Positions 8,544 through 18,357 of a stretch of 64,000 nt of DNA are shown piece after piece. The translations under genes were made by a program, and so were the position numbers. The notes below the pieces were generated by a model. It was not told the DNA's origin. It did not search any database and was given only the letters and a program-made list of their open reading frames with translations. The stretch comes from Patescibacteria group bacterium (lineage in GTDB: Bacteria > Patescibacteriota > Patescibacteriia > Patescibacteriales > UBA12075), in NCBI GenBank assembly GCA_018897195.1, contig JAHILH010000006.1:2152-66151 (forward strand), read 5' to 3'. Position 1 is the first letter of the stretch. Every line of letters starts with the position of its first letter.

Positions 8544-10898
8544 ATGCTAAATTTCAATAAGTTTAAATTAAAAACAAGCATAAAAATTGTGGCCGCTTTT
8601 TTGGTTATTTTACAGGCGGTTTTTTTGTTGCAAAAAGTATTTGCTGGCTCACCTAGTACTTTGGTGGTAAAACCGCTTACGAGCACGATGGGATTTAATT
8701 TAACTTGGAGTTTTAATGATAGTGATCCTGATGCAACTTATTTTTTATTAAAGTCATCATCTGTCACATCTTTAAGTTGTCCGCTTGTTCCGGTTTCTAC
8801 AATGTTTAACAAGCTATATTCTGGAAAAAACACAACGATCTACAATATGAATGTTGGTGATATTGTGCCTGGCATAAAATATTCTTTTAAAGCCTGTCTT
8901 TATGGTAGTAATAATTTTATTAGTGGAATTATTAATACGCCAAACTTATTAGAGGAGACAAATACGGCTAGTGCAATTTTTACTACCATAATCGCTTCGC
9001 CGACAAATGAAACTGTGGCAACGACAAGTCTAGTTGATCCTATTGATTTAAATACAGTTCCGGTGACCGCTGATGATACTGTTGCTACCACTACGGTTAT
9101 TGCCGACAATCCTGTTTTAAGCACAGACCCAATATTGAACGCCGATATCAAAAAAATTAACCTATCAAGTGTTGGTAAAGATTTATATTGGCAAACGAGT
9201 AGCTACTTTGCTTCTGGCTTTTATGTTCTTTGGTCTAAAACGGAAAGTCCGGTTTATCACTCCGGGGCTGTGGGTATGACTTATTTCATGGATCCGTTGG
9301 CTAAATTTTATACCATAAATTCTTATGACGGCGCCGGTGTTTATTATGTTCGAGTTTGTGAAGCTTTGCCTGCAGGCGATTGCGGGCTTTATAGCAATGA
9401 ATTGACTCTTAATTTGTTGGCCGATGTTGTGGTCTTAGAAAAGACGGTTGCTAGTACGACAACAGCGACAACCTCAATAATTATCAAAGAACCAGTCAAT
9501 GAGCCTTTAATTGGTAATACTGCCACTAATACTTTTGAGACGGTGGAGCCAATAGTGACTGACAAAAAAATTATGTCAGAACCGATTAAGACTACCGTTG
9601 ATTTATCAAAACAAATAACTCCTATTATTACTGAAACAAAGGCGGCTTTGAGGGTAAAAACTACCTTGCCTGTAAAAAAGCTAAATAAAATTTCTGAAAA
9701 AACTACTACTGCTTTAGAGAAAAAGGCAGCCGAGAAAGGTATTCCAGTTATTAAGATTAATAGTCCGGAGACAATGGCCGGCGTGTTAAAAGAGGAAGCG
9801 ACTAGTAGTCAGTTGATTCCATCTAATATAGGCGCCAACCTTAATAATCTGCCCAAGATTTGTGTTGCTAATAATATTTTGAATGAAAATGGCTGTAATC
9901 ATTATTTTTTCAGTGAAGCAACTAGAGAGGTAAAATGTCCCGATGGTGGTGATAGCTGCTTGATTGAAGCGCGGGAGAAATACTTGAATGGTATTACTAA
10001 TACACAACTTAAATTGGAGGCGGTTGATAAAGTTGCTGCTGAAAATACAAGTGGAGTGATGAGTGTTGGATTTTTAAAAGAAGCTTTGACTACTTTTTCC
10101 GACGTGGTTTCTTTGCTTGATAATGCGACAGGTGTAAAAATATTAAAATCTGAAGGTGGCGTCAGCTACCAGGACGATAAAATTATTCAAACCGGTTCTT
10201 CAATTTTGGTAATTGACAGCGATAATGATGGCTTGCCAGATGATATTGAGAAGAAGATTGGCACTGATCCAAACAACAAAGATACGGATATTGATGGTTA
10301 TGGTGATTACGAAGAATATACTAATGGTTATAATCCATTAGGTAGTGGCAAGCTAACAGCCGGAAATGAATTGGCGCCTGTAGAAATGGCAATTGTTAAT
10401 AATGAAATTTTTGAACAGCCAAAAAATAATGGTGTTCTTCACGAAGATTTTTTGACTGAATCAATTACGAATCTTGGAACAGCGACTAGTAGTGAGGCGG
10501 TCGGTTATTTATTACAAGGCAAAGCAACGCCTAATACGGTAATTGCTTTGTATATCTATTCTGATTTGCCACTAATGATTACTGTCAAAACTGATGATTA
10601 TGGTAATTGGAGATATGAATTAAAGCAATCTTTATCCGACGGTAATCACGAGGTGTATGTAGCCTTGAATGATGCTACTGGCAGGGTGGTTGCCAAGAGC
10701 AGTCCCTTGAGTTTTCTTGTGAAGGAGGCACAGGCGGCGAGTCTAGCTGACGTAGTTCTGGATAATACCGCGCCTACAATTGAAAGCGAGAATAATAATA
10801 TTTTTGTTTATTATTTATTAATCTTCGGAGTTTCAGTTTTGGCTGGTGTAATTATATTTATCAACCTGGTTAAGAGAAGAAGAAATTCAGATGTTTAA
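8544..10898 (+). CDS. Large secreted, C-terminally membrane-anchored protein with a thrombospondin-type-3-like Ca-binding module
   Basis: Signal peptide (VAAFLVILQAVFLLQKVFAG), Thr-rich linkers and a TSP3-like module (DSDNDGLPDDIEKKIGTDPNNKDTDIDGYGDYEEYTNGYNPLGSGKL). Also an Ig-like segment and a C-terminal TM helix followed by KRRRNSD. Confidence 0.6.
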   Translation: MLNFNKFKLKTSIKIVAAFLVILQAVFLLQKVFAGSPSTLVVKPLTSTMGFNLTWSFNDSDPDATYFLLKSSSVTSLSCPLVPVSTMFNKLYSGKNTTIYNMNVGDIVPGIKYSFKACLYGSNNFISGIINTPNLLEETNTASAIFTTIIASPTNETVATTSLVDPIDLNTVPVTADDTVATTTVIADNPVLSTDPILNADIKKINLSSVGKDLYWQTSSYFASGFYVLWSKTESPVYHSGAVGMTYFMDPLAKFYTINSYDGAGVYYVRVCEALPAGDCGLYSNELTLNLLADVVVLEKTVASTTTATTSIIIKEPVNEPLIGNTATNTFETVEPIVTDKKIMSEPIKTTVDLSKQITPIITETKAALRVKTTLPVKKLNKISEKTTTALEKKAAEKGIPVIKINSPETMAGVLKEEATSSQLIPSNIGANLNNLPKICVANNILNENGCNHYFFSEATREVKCPDGGDSCLIEAREKYLNGITNTQLKLEAVDKVAAENTSGVMSVGFLKEALTTFSDVVSLLDNATGVKILKSEGGVSYQDDKIIQTGSSILVIDSDNDGLPDDIEKKIGTDPNNKDTDIDGYGDYEEYTNGYNPLGSGKLTAGNELAPVEMAIVNNEIFEQPKNNGVLHEDFLTESITNLGTATSSEAVGYLLQGKATPNTVIALYIYSDLPLMITVKTDDYGNWRYELKQSLSDGNHEVYVALNDATGRVVAKSSPLSFLVKEAQAASLADVVLDNTAPTIESENNNIFVYYLLIFGVSVLAGVIIFINLVKRRRNSDV

Positions 10899-12297
10899 TT
10901 TAAAAGAATTTTTTGTAAAAAATAAGGAAGTTTCTCAATTGGTTTATGGTATTTTATTGATTATTTTGGTTATCTTTTTTATTTCGTTTAATTCCTTTAG
11001 TATTATAAAAAAATATAAAACTGGTTTAAACGAATCTTTAAATCATCAGGCTTATTTCTATGCGAAGTCGATTTATACCCTAATGAAACCAAATTTGGAT
11101 GACACGGCGACCTTGCAAAAACAAATTGATTCTTTGTTGGATAAAAATTCAGAGGTAGTTAATTTTTCGATTTTAAAAGAAGATGCTGGCGGCTTTGAGA
11201 CGGTTGCTTCAACTGATAAAGACTTAATTGGAAAGAAAAATTCTTTTTATCTTTATAAGTTCGCCTGGCAACAACCCGACTATCAAGGCGTAGCTACTGA
11301 TTCTTTCTCGGCTAGCCTGGCGAATAATAATGAAGACCGAAATTTTATTGAAAATATAAAAACCGATGGCACGAACTGGTTTGTGGCCTTGCCGATGTAT
11401 GATGAGGCGGGAGTGAAAAAGGCGATTTTGTCAGTAGTTATTTCTTCGCGTTTTGAGGATGGTATTACTAGTAAGAATAAAATAAACTCCCTGGTTGTAA
11501 CCTTGATTAGTATTGTGGTGGTGATTATGTTTTTATCTCTCGTGCTCAGAATCTGGGATTACGCCTTTTTATATAAAAAGGTAAAAGAAGTGGATGAGAT
11601 GAAAGATGAGTTTATTTCAATGGCATCGCATGAGTTGCGTACGCCGGTAACTGGCATCAAGGGTTATTCATCGATGATAATGGATGGTAGTCTAGGGGTT
11701 GTAAATAAACAGATTAAAGATGGGGCGACGATTATAAACGCAGCTGCGAATCGTTTGTCGGTTTTAGTTGATGATCTTTTGAACGTTAGTCGTATCGAAC
11801 AGGGGCGCATGCAAATTGCGCTCAAGCCCATGAATATTTACCAAACTATTAACGAAGTGGTACAGGAATTGAAAGTGCAAGCTGATCAAAAAAAACTGGA
11901 GTTGATTTATGCACCGACGCCAATTGATCTGCCATTGGTGGCTGTCGACGGCGATCACTTAAAGCAAGTGCTAATTAATTTAATTGGTAATTCGATTAAA
12001 TATACAGAAACTGGCAAGGTGGAAGTGCTTATTGAAACAGTAGATAAAAAATTAGCTATTAAAATAAAAGACACCGGACTAGGCATGTCCTCGGAAGCGC
12101 GCGCAAAACTATTTCAAAAATTTTACCGCGTCCAAACAGCTAAAACCAAAAATATCACTGGTACCGGTCTCGGTCTTTGGATCACTAAACAGATTGTTGA
12201 ATTAATGAATGGCAGTATTGAGGTCGAGTCAATTGAAGGTACTGGCTCACAGTTTACGGTTAAGTTTCCCATTTTAGGCTTAGGTCAAGGAAGATGA
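10891..12297 (+). CDS. Sensor histidine kinase (no cognate regulator adjacent)
   Basis: Two TM helices around a ~170-aa outside domain. H-box FISMASHELRTPVTGIKGY; ATPase motifs LINLIGNSIKYT and GTGLGLWITKQIVELMNGSIEVES. The start overlaps the upstream stop (ATGTTTAA). Confidence 0.8.
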   Translation: MFNLKEFFVKNKEVSQLVYGILLIILVIFFISFNSFSIIKKYKTGLNESLNHQAYFYAKSIYTLMKPNLDDTATLQKQIDSLLDKNSEVVNFSILKEDAGGFETVASTDKDLIGKKNSFYLYKFAWQQPDYQGVATDSFSASLANNNEDRNFIENIKTDGTNWFVALPMYDEAGVKKAILSVVISSRFEDGITSKNKINSLVVTLISIVVVIMFLSLVLRIWDYAFLYKKVKEVDEMKDEFISMASHELRTPVTGIKGYSSMIMDGSLGVVNKQIKDGATIINAAANRLSVLVDDLLNVSRIEQGRMQIALKPMNIYQTINEVVQELKVQADQKKLELIYAPTPIDLPLVAVDGDHLKQVLINLIGNSIKYTETGKVEVLIETVDKKLAIKIKDTGLGMSSEARAKLFQKFYRVQTAKTKNITGTGLGLWITKQIVELMNGSIEVESIEGTGSQFTVKFPILGLGQGR

Positions 12298-12361
12298 ATT
12301 CCTGGTCATGTAAAAAGTCTTTGACGTTTATAAAATAAACTAAGCAATTAAATAAAATTAT

Positions 12362-14359
12362 ATGTTCAAAAAAATATCTCTTTTATTATTCTCAGTTTTG
12401 TTTTTATTCGGCTTAGCCAGTTTTGCTTCGGCGACTACTTGTACTAGCGCTAAGGTAACTGTTATTGCCCGCGATCAGGATGGTGAGTATATCCCTAATA
12501 TTAATTTTGAAATTTATGAGCAAGTAGTGGATGTTGATGGTAATCCCAAGCCTGGCAAGAAGGTAGCAACTGGCAAGACTAGTGAAATTATTGGAAGCGG
12601 ACTAGCTTCTTTTGTTCCTGCTATAGATACGGCGATAACTACTGCGTCGTCTACTGTTTATGCCCTAAAGATGTGGGACAAAAATTCAACCTTGGGAGAG
12701 TTTTGGTTTTATAATCAGATTGCTTTAACTTGTGGCACCGAGGTGACAGTGACTAATGTTTTGAGCGGAGTCAGATTGGCTTTTTATAATACTGCTGGGG
12801 AGTTATTAAAAAATATCAAAGGCTCTTTATATACTCAAAGATTTGATTTGGAAAATAATCCAATTAGAGAGAGTCAAGACTTATTGGGTACTTTTGATAC
12901 TTCCAACGAGGGCGCAGCTTATTTTTATCTGGGTGGCAAGCAATACGACCTTGATAATAATTCAAGTGGTCTGTATACGGTTGAGTTCAAGAGTCCAAGT
13001 GGCACGCTGTATAAAAAATTTGGCATTTCTCTAGCTGATGAGAAGACGAGTTATATTAACTATGTTTTTGGCGAGGCGCGGTTTAATTTACGCGATGCGA
13101 ATACAAACGAATTATTGCCGAATTATAAAATTGAAATTTATCAACAAGATTATGATGTCTATAATGGTAATAAGCTAGGCACACTTATTAAGAGTGTCGC
13201 TGCCGACAGTCGCGGGGTGGTTATTTTTGAATCCCCAGAGACAATAGTATCCGTGAGAGCAAAAAATATAAAAGGCGATTATGAATATTTTTGGCAAAAA
13301 GAAATTTTGGATCAAAAAAGAGCGGATTATGATCTACACATAACTGCCAAGAATGAAACCGTAAAACCGGAAAGGACTTCTGACTCCTCTCTGATAATTA
13401 CACCCATCAAGGAGATAATCCCACAATTAATAAATGAGTCAGTTTCAGAATCGACACCTGAAGTGTTAAAAGCTGGTAAAATTAATATTGCGGTTCTGGA
13501 TAGTGCTGGCAAGACCGTAGCTGGCAAAGTTAATGTTTATCAATTGGTAAACATTAGCGGTCAGAGCTATAAAAAAGGGAGCAAGTTAAAAACACTAAGT
13601 TTGACCAAGGCAACTGATTTCGAATTTGAAAGTGGCGTGTATTTATTCACAATCACTAATTCTTGGGGTGAGTATGGTCAAGCTGTTTATATTGCCAGTG
13701 GGGAAAGCAAGTCGATAAAATTGAGAGTTTTGTCAACTATGGCGGTCAAGGTTGGTCAAATTTTTTCGGTGGCAACTCCCAAAGCTGCCGCGCCTAGCTC
13801 AGTGAATGGCGTCTCAAGCAATCTCTTAGGTAGAATTTTATTGGACGTGGAAGGCAATGGCGAGGCTTATTATGTTAATCCCGACAAGGGGCAAAAGTTT
13901 TATCTGAAAGATGGCGAGGTGGCCTTTAAAATGATGCGCAGCTTCGGTCTTGGCATTTCTGATGTTGATATTGCCAAAATCCCTGTTGGCATTGATGCAC
14001 GCTTTAATCTTGGGGATACCGACGGTGACGGCTTAGCCGACTCCTTAGAATTGGCACTAGGTACACAACCATATCAAAAGGATAGCGACGGCGATGGTTA
14101 TTCTGATGCCCTTGAAGTTAAATCAGGCTACAATCCGATTGGAGTGGGAAAATTAAAATTAGACACAGCAATGTCTTCGAAATTAAAAGGTAAAATCGTT
14201 CTCCAGGTCCAATCAAAAGGTGAAGCTTGGTATATTAATCCAAGCGACGGAAAACGCTATTATATGGGTAACGGCAAACAGGCCTTTGAAATAATGAAAT
14301 ATTTAAGCCTGGGGGCAAAGAAGAGTGTGTTGCAAGCAGTACCGGACGGACAGTTGTAA
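12362..14359 (+). CDS. Secreted protein with Ig/CarboxypepD_reg-like repeats, a TSP3-like module and two YYxNPxDGKxYY repeats
   Basis: Signal peptide (LLFSVLFLFGLASFASA) and a repeated beta-sandwich-like pattern (VTVIARDQDGEYIPNINFEIYEQ ..). The module GDTDGDGLADSLELALGTQPYQKDSDGDGYSDALEVKSGYNPIGVGKLK is flanked by GEAYYVNPDKGQKFYL and GEAWYINPSDGKRYYM. Confidence 0.6.
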   Translation: MFKKISLLLFSVLFLFGLASFASATTCTSAKVTVIARDQDGEYIPNINFEIYEQVVDVDGNPKPGKKVATGKTSEIIGSGLASFVPAIDTAITTASSTVYALKMWDKNSTLGEFWFYNQIALTCGTEVTVTNVLSGVRLAFYNTAGELLKNIKGSLYTQRFDLENNPIRESQDLLGTFDTSNEGAAYFYLGGKQYDLDNNSSGLYTVEFKSPSGTLYKKFGISLADEKTSYINYVFGEARFNLRDANTNELLPNYKIEIYQQDYDVYNGNKLGTLIKSVAADSRGVVIFESPETIVSVRAKNIKGDYEYFWQKEILDQKRADYDLHITAKNETVKPERTSDSSLIITPIKEIIPQLINESVSESTPEVLKAGKINIAVLDSAGKTVAGKVNVYQLVNISGQSYKKGSKLKTLSLTKATDFEFESGVYLFTITNSWGEYGQAVYIASGESKSIKLRVLSTMAVKVGQIFSVATPKAAAPSSVNGVSSNLLGRILLDVEGNGEAYYVNPDKGQKFYLKDGEVAFKMMRSFGLGISDVDIAKIPVGIDARFNLGDTDGDGLADSLELALGTQPYQKDSDGDGYSDALEVKSGYNPIGVGKLKLDTAMSSKLKGKIVLQVQSKGEAWYINPSDGKRYYMGNGKQAFEIMKYLSLGAKKSVLQAVPDGQL

Positions 14360-14382
14360 TAAGAAAATTTATTAATATAAAT

Positions 14383-14538
14383 ATGTCAAAAATAAACAAA
14401 AAAGACTTTGCTGGAGAAGTTGAAAAAATCCAAAAACAAATTACCGTGATTGAAAAAGAGCGTGATTTGGCATTGGAACAAATTCGAAAAAAAATAGAAG
14501 CGCGACAGATTAAAAAAGTTGTCGATAGTTTAAAATAA
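14383..14538 (+). CDS. Possible 51-aa coiled-coil protein (below the ORF-track size cut-off)
   Basis: The ATG..TAA frame that I translated by hand gives MSKINKKDFAGEVEKIQKQITVIEKERDLALEQIRKKIEARQIKKVVDSLK. It fills the gap before the next gene. No homology evidence. Confidence 0.3.
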   Translation: MSKINKKDFAGEVEKIQKQITVIEKERDLALEQIRKKIEARQIKKVVDSLK

Positions 14539-14563
14539 GAAGTTTATTTTGTATATAAATAAT

Positions 14564-17500
14564 ATGGCAAGAAAATACGAAGAAGATTTTGATCCCAAGG
14601 GTAGAAATAGAACTAGAGGTTCAGAAAACAGGGAAGAGGCGCGTGATCAAAAAAAAGCCAAAAAGATCGAAGCTAAAATTAATAGTTTGATTGGAAAAAT
14701 CGATAATACTATTTTAGGTGGTGATGAGTATTTGGAAAAAATAAAAGAAATGGACAGTGTTGATGATTCTGATATTAAGAGTGCTGAGCTTGTTATTCAA
14801 GAAGCACAGAGCGCTCTCTTGGAATTGAAAAATCAATTAACTGTTTTGGAGAATAGGGAGAATATTGAAATTGTTGGTGACAATATTAATATTGAAAGAA
14901 AAAAGATTAAGGACGTGAAAAATAAGATTAGCGAAAAAGAAAATAGCACGGTGAAGGAAGTTGAGGCTGTGAGGGTGGTTGAAATTGTAAAGGAAGGTAA
15001 GGTTCGAAAAAATTATGCAAAATATAAAAAAATTGAAAGAGTAGAAGAGACAGATGCTGAGTTATTGGCCAGAATAGAAAGAGAGGGGTTAGAAAAACTT
15101 AACTATAACAGTGAAATAGAAATTTATGAAGAAATAAAAAAGGTTGAAGATGAATTGGAGATGGCAAAAAAATTTTTAAACAAGACGGAAGATGCAAAAT
15201 TAATTAAAAATATAAATCGAATGATTGAGGTTAGAACAGATCGTCTGGAGGTATTACGTGGCAAAGTGTATGGTTCAGAAGTTGTTGAGATTGAGTCGGT
15301 TGAAAAATTAAAAAAGAGATTTGCAGAAGTTGAGACAATCGAAGATGAAAAAATTAAACGTCAAGAATTGATTAAATTGCTTCACGATGCCTTTGATTTT
15401 GGGGACGATGACTTGGTTAATCAAATCGAAGATGAACTAGGAATTCCCAAGGCGGTTAGGATGAATAAGATAAGACCAGTTGAAGGCGAAGCGAATACGG
15501 CGTCAGAGCTCAAGCGGGATGGCGAAAATGAGCACACTGTAACTGAAAAGCTGAAAAAATTAAGATGGAGAGTGCCAAACAAGAATAATAGTGGAGACAA
15601 GTGGAAGGAAAAGATGCGTTATATTCGTGTACTTAAAAAGAAGATTGGTGAAATTTCTGAAGACTTTCCAAATAAAGAAAAAAGAGAAGAGCTTGTCGGC
15701 AGGCTTGTTTACTTGTCTCAGAGGGTATATAAACAAGAAGACCCAACGGAAAAAAGCAAAGCATATTACATTCTTGGAAAGAAATATTATGAGGAGCACG
15801 TGCCAAAATCCGGAGTATTTATATTGATTAATGAATGGCACAATTTACTGGCTGAAAAGGAGGCATATGAGAATAAAGACGAGACAAGTGAAGTTGGTGA
15901 CATTAAAATCGCTGAAGATGGCATAGCGACTGATGATGAAACTGAAATTAAGTCAGCTGAGCTAGTAGGCGAAGAAGCTATTATTGATGATGGCAAAAAT
16001 ATTCTTGTTTCTCCAGAGGATGAAGTGGCAAATGTTGAATTTTTCGCGCAACTGCCGATTGCAGAGGTGAATCAAGTTGGTGAAGTAATCGAAGAGATTG
16101 AAAAACTACCACCCGCTGACAAAAAAACTTTATTTGAAGGAATGGCGGATATTGGATTCAAAACCTCAGAGGTGACAAATAAGGTAATGAAAAATTTTAT
16201 AAAACAACTTGGTGATAATAAACTGGTCAAAAAGGATAGCTTGTTGGGGAATTTCTTTTTGAAATATTCCGACATCTATCAAAAAAAGGAAAAGAGTGCT
16301 AAAAAAATGCAAGAAATTGTTGGCAAAGGAGGCCTGTCAAAGCTGTCTGGAGTTGGACAGGGATTTGGTGGTACTGTTGGAACAATGCTTAAGCTAGGAA
16401 GAATTCTTTATGATGTAACGGGGGCGAGTGTTGCTAATCCTTTTAAATATGTCACAATGGCTGGCATGACGGCTGGTAATAGTTTGGCGGCAATGAAGGA
16501 GGTGCGATTTGATAATGAAAAGGTGTTTGGGAAAAGAGGATTAGTTAAGGATGAAAAAAGAGCCTATGAAGAAGCCTGGAAAATACATGAAAAGGCTAAA
16601 AATAATATTGGAGACAGGGAATTGACAAAAGAAGATCTAGTTGATGCTTACAGTAAATTACTGCCCGAAGATATTAAGAATCGATTAGGTAGATATAATG
16701 TCGAAACTGGGCTTATAAAAAAAATGTTAGGCGCGAATATGGAAAATGGACACATAGAGTCGCACATTAATAAGTTGAATCAAAAAATAAGCGAAATTGA
16801 AGGAGATAAAAAATTAACGACTACTGACCAGAAAAATAAGATCGACAAACTTCTTTCAAGAAATGCAGATTTTTTACAGGATTTGGATAAAATTGTGAGC
16901 GATGCCGGAATGGTTGATAATATTGCTTTTTGGCTGAGAATGGGGGAGAAGACTAGTAAGACGATGGCTAATTTAATGATGATTGATTCTGTGGCCAGGT
17001 TAGCAAGTGCGAGCATGGACTGGCTTCATTTAACAAACAAGTTTCCTGAGTTTTTTGGTCATGAAGCAGTGCATGCGCCTGTTGGGCCTGTTGTTAAAAA
17101 AGCTGTTGAATTACATGGTCAATTCAGTACAGGGTCAGTTGTTAAGCCGTCTGTTGGACCAGTCTCTCCAGGGTTTATCGCCGAGACAAATTCGGGATCT
17201 GTTGCAGAAGTAGCTAGTGCTCAAAATATTGAAATAAAAATCGGCGGCAATGTGAATACGTTTTCCGGCGCTATTAACGAGGCGGTAAAAAATGCCGATT
17301 CGGCAGTAAAAGACAATTTCATTCATCAAGTTCTTGGTGATGATGTTGCTGTTTCTGGAGATAGTAGGCAGGATTTGTTGCACAAGGCGGTTGCGAAACT
17401 TTCTATTGGAGAAGTTTATAATGGAAAAGAGGTGCCTGACTTAATCCATGATGGAAATAAAGTAGTTCTTTTTCATAATGGCAGCTGGGAGGTGCAGAAG

Positions 17501-18283
17501 GGTGATGGAGTTTTTGAAGCTAAGGTGGTTGCGCCAATTGAGGTTGTTCAACATAGTAGTATGTCAGAAACTGACAAAATCGCGTTTGATGATTTAAAAG
17601 ATAGTATTAACGGACGAGGCAGTGAAGAGAAACTAATTGACGATACCGAATTGGCGCGTTTAAACGAAGTGTATAGAAAAACGCAATTGGAAATATTTCA
17701 TAATCATGGGGTTAGCGACAAGCTGATGCAAGAAATTGGTATTAATCCCGCTGATCCAAATTTGCTAGATAATCAACGGGCGATGGAGCGGATGGGCTTT
17801 TTGGCAAGTTATAGCGACGATAATGATCCTTCTAATTTTTCCAAGGCGGAAGATGTCTTAAAGTTGGTGAAAGATGTAGATATTAGTCCGAGAGATGCTT
17901 TTAATTATTATGATAATATAAAATCATTTAAGGGCGATGAGGAAAAAATAAAAGCCGTAGTTGATTTGATGAAAGGTGGCAACGTGGAAAAAGCTTTATT
18001 TAACTTGACTGGCGTAAAGGTGACTGAGGAAAATTTTGAAATTAAAGATGGTGTCTTTAGAGTCAGGGATTATTATAAAAAAGGATTTGACTTTGTTATG
18101 ACAAAGTCAAAAGGAGAGATTAAAATCGGTATTGATGGACCATCACGCTTTAACTGGAAAGCGCGTGGTTGGTGGGGTAATTTACGACCAGATGAAACGC
18201 TAACAGCTGAAAATTTAACGCTTGCCAAAGAAGAAGTGGAAAAAATGTCTAAGCAGTTGGAAGATCAAAGACCGAAGTACTAA
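14564..18283 (+). CDS. Very large Lys/Glu-rich coiled-coil protein, function unknown
   Basis: A single 3.7-kb frame. I prefer the ATG at 14564 (MARKYEEDF) over the TTG at 14549. There is no signal peptide. The N-terminal ~500 aa are E/K-rich with heptad character. A central Gly/hydrophobic patch reads GGLSKLSGVGQGFGGTVGTMLKLGRILYDVTGASVANPFKYVTMAGMTAGNSLAAM. Confidence 0.6.
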   Translation: MARKYEEDFDPKGRNRTRGSENREEARDQKKAKKIEAKINSLIGKIDNTILGGDEYLEKIKEMDSVDDSDIKSAELVIQEAQSALLELKNQLTVLENRENIEIVGDNINIERKKIKDVKNKISEKENSTVKEVEAVRVVEIVKEGKVRKNYAKYKKIERVEETDAELLARIEREGLEKLNYNSEIEIYEEIKKVEDELEMAKKFLNKTEDAKLIKNINRMIEVRTDRLEVLRGKVYGSEVVEIESVEKLKKRFAEVETIEDEKIKRQELIKLLHDAFDFGDDDLVNQIEDELGIPKAVRMNKIRPVEGEANTASELKRDGENEHTVTEKLKKLRWRVPNKNNSGDKWKEKMRYIRVLKKKIGEISEDFPNKEKREELVGRLVYLSQRVYKQEDPTEKSKAYYILGKKYYEEHVPKSGVFILINEWHNLLAEKEAYENKDETSEVGDIKIAEDGIATDDETEIKSAELVGEEAIIDDGKNILVSPEDEVANVEFFAQLPIAEVNQVGEVIEEIEKLPPADKKTLFEGMADIGFKTSEVTNKVMKNFIKQLGDNKLVKKDSLLGNFFLKYSDIYQKKEKSAKKMQEIVGKGGLSKLSGVGQGFGGTVGTMLKLGRILYDVTGASVANPFKYVTMAGMTAGNSLAAMKEVRFDNEKVFGKRGLVKDEKRAYEEAWKIHEKAKNNIGDRELTKEDLVDAYSKLLPEDIKNRLGRYNVETGLIKKMLGANMENGHIESHINKLNQKISEIEGDKKLTTTDQKNKIDKLLSRNADFLQDLDKIVSDAGMVDNIAFWLRMGEKTSKTMANLMMIDSVARLASASMDWLHLTNKFPEFFGHEAVHAPVGPVVKKAVELHGQFSTGSVVKPSVGPVSPGFIAETNSGSVAEVASAQNIEIKIGGNVNTFSGAINEAVKNADSAVKDNFIHQVLGDDVAVSGDSRQDLLHKAVAKLSIGEVYNGKEVPDLIHDGNKVVLFHNGSWEVQKGDGVFEAKVVAPIEVVQHSSMSETDKIAFDDLKDSINGRGSEEKLIDDTELARLNEVYRKTQLEIFHNHGVSDKLMQEIGINPADPNLLDNQRAMERMGFLASYSDDNDPSNFSKAEDVLKLVKDVDISPRDAFNYYDNIKSFKGDEEKIKAVVDLMKGGNVEKALFNLTGVKVTEENFEIKDGVFRVRDYYKKGFDFVMTKSKGEIKIGIDGPSRFNWKARGWWGNLRPDETLTAENLTLAKEEVEKMSKQLEDQRPKY

Positions 18284-18314
18284 GTGAATAATCCTTTAAA
18301 TTAATTCTATAAAA

Positions 18315-18341
18315 AAGGCCGCCCATAAAATGAGCGGCCTT
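18315..18341. terminator. Bidirectional terminator hairpin between convergent genes
   Basis: AAGGCCGC-11 nt-GCGGCCTT with an A-run upstream; sits between the 14564-18283 gene (+) and comFC (-). Confidence 0.6.
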
Positions 18342-18357
18342 TGACTTGTCTAAGAAG

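Noticed and set aside
15560-15996. ORFs 15560-15841 (-), 15591-15827 (+) and 15787-15996 (-) inside the Lys/Glu-rich gene
   Set aside because: These are shadow or alternative-frame ORFs of an A/G-rich coding region, and the 3.7-kb frame is continuous across them.
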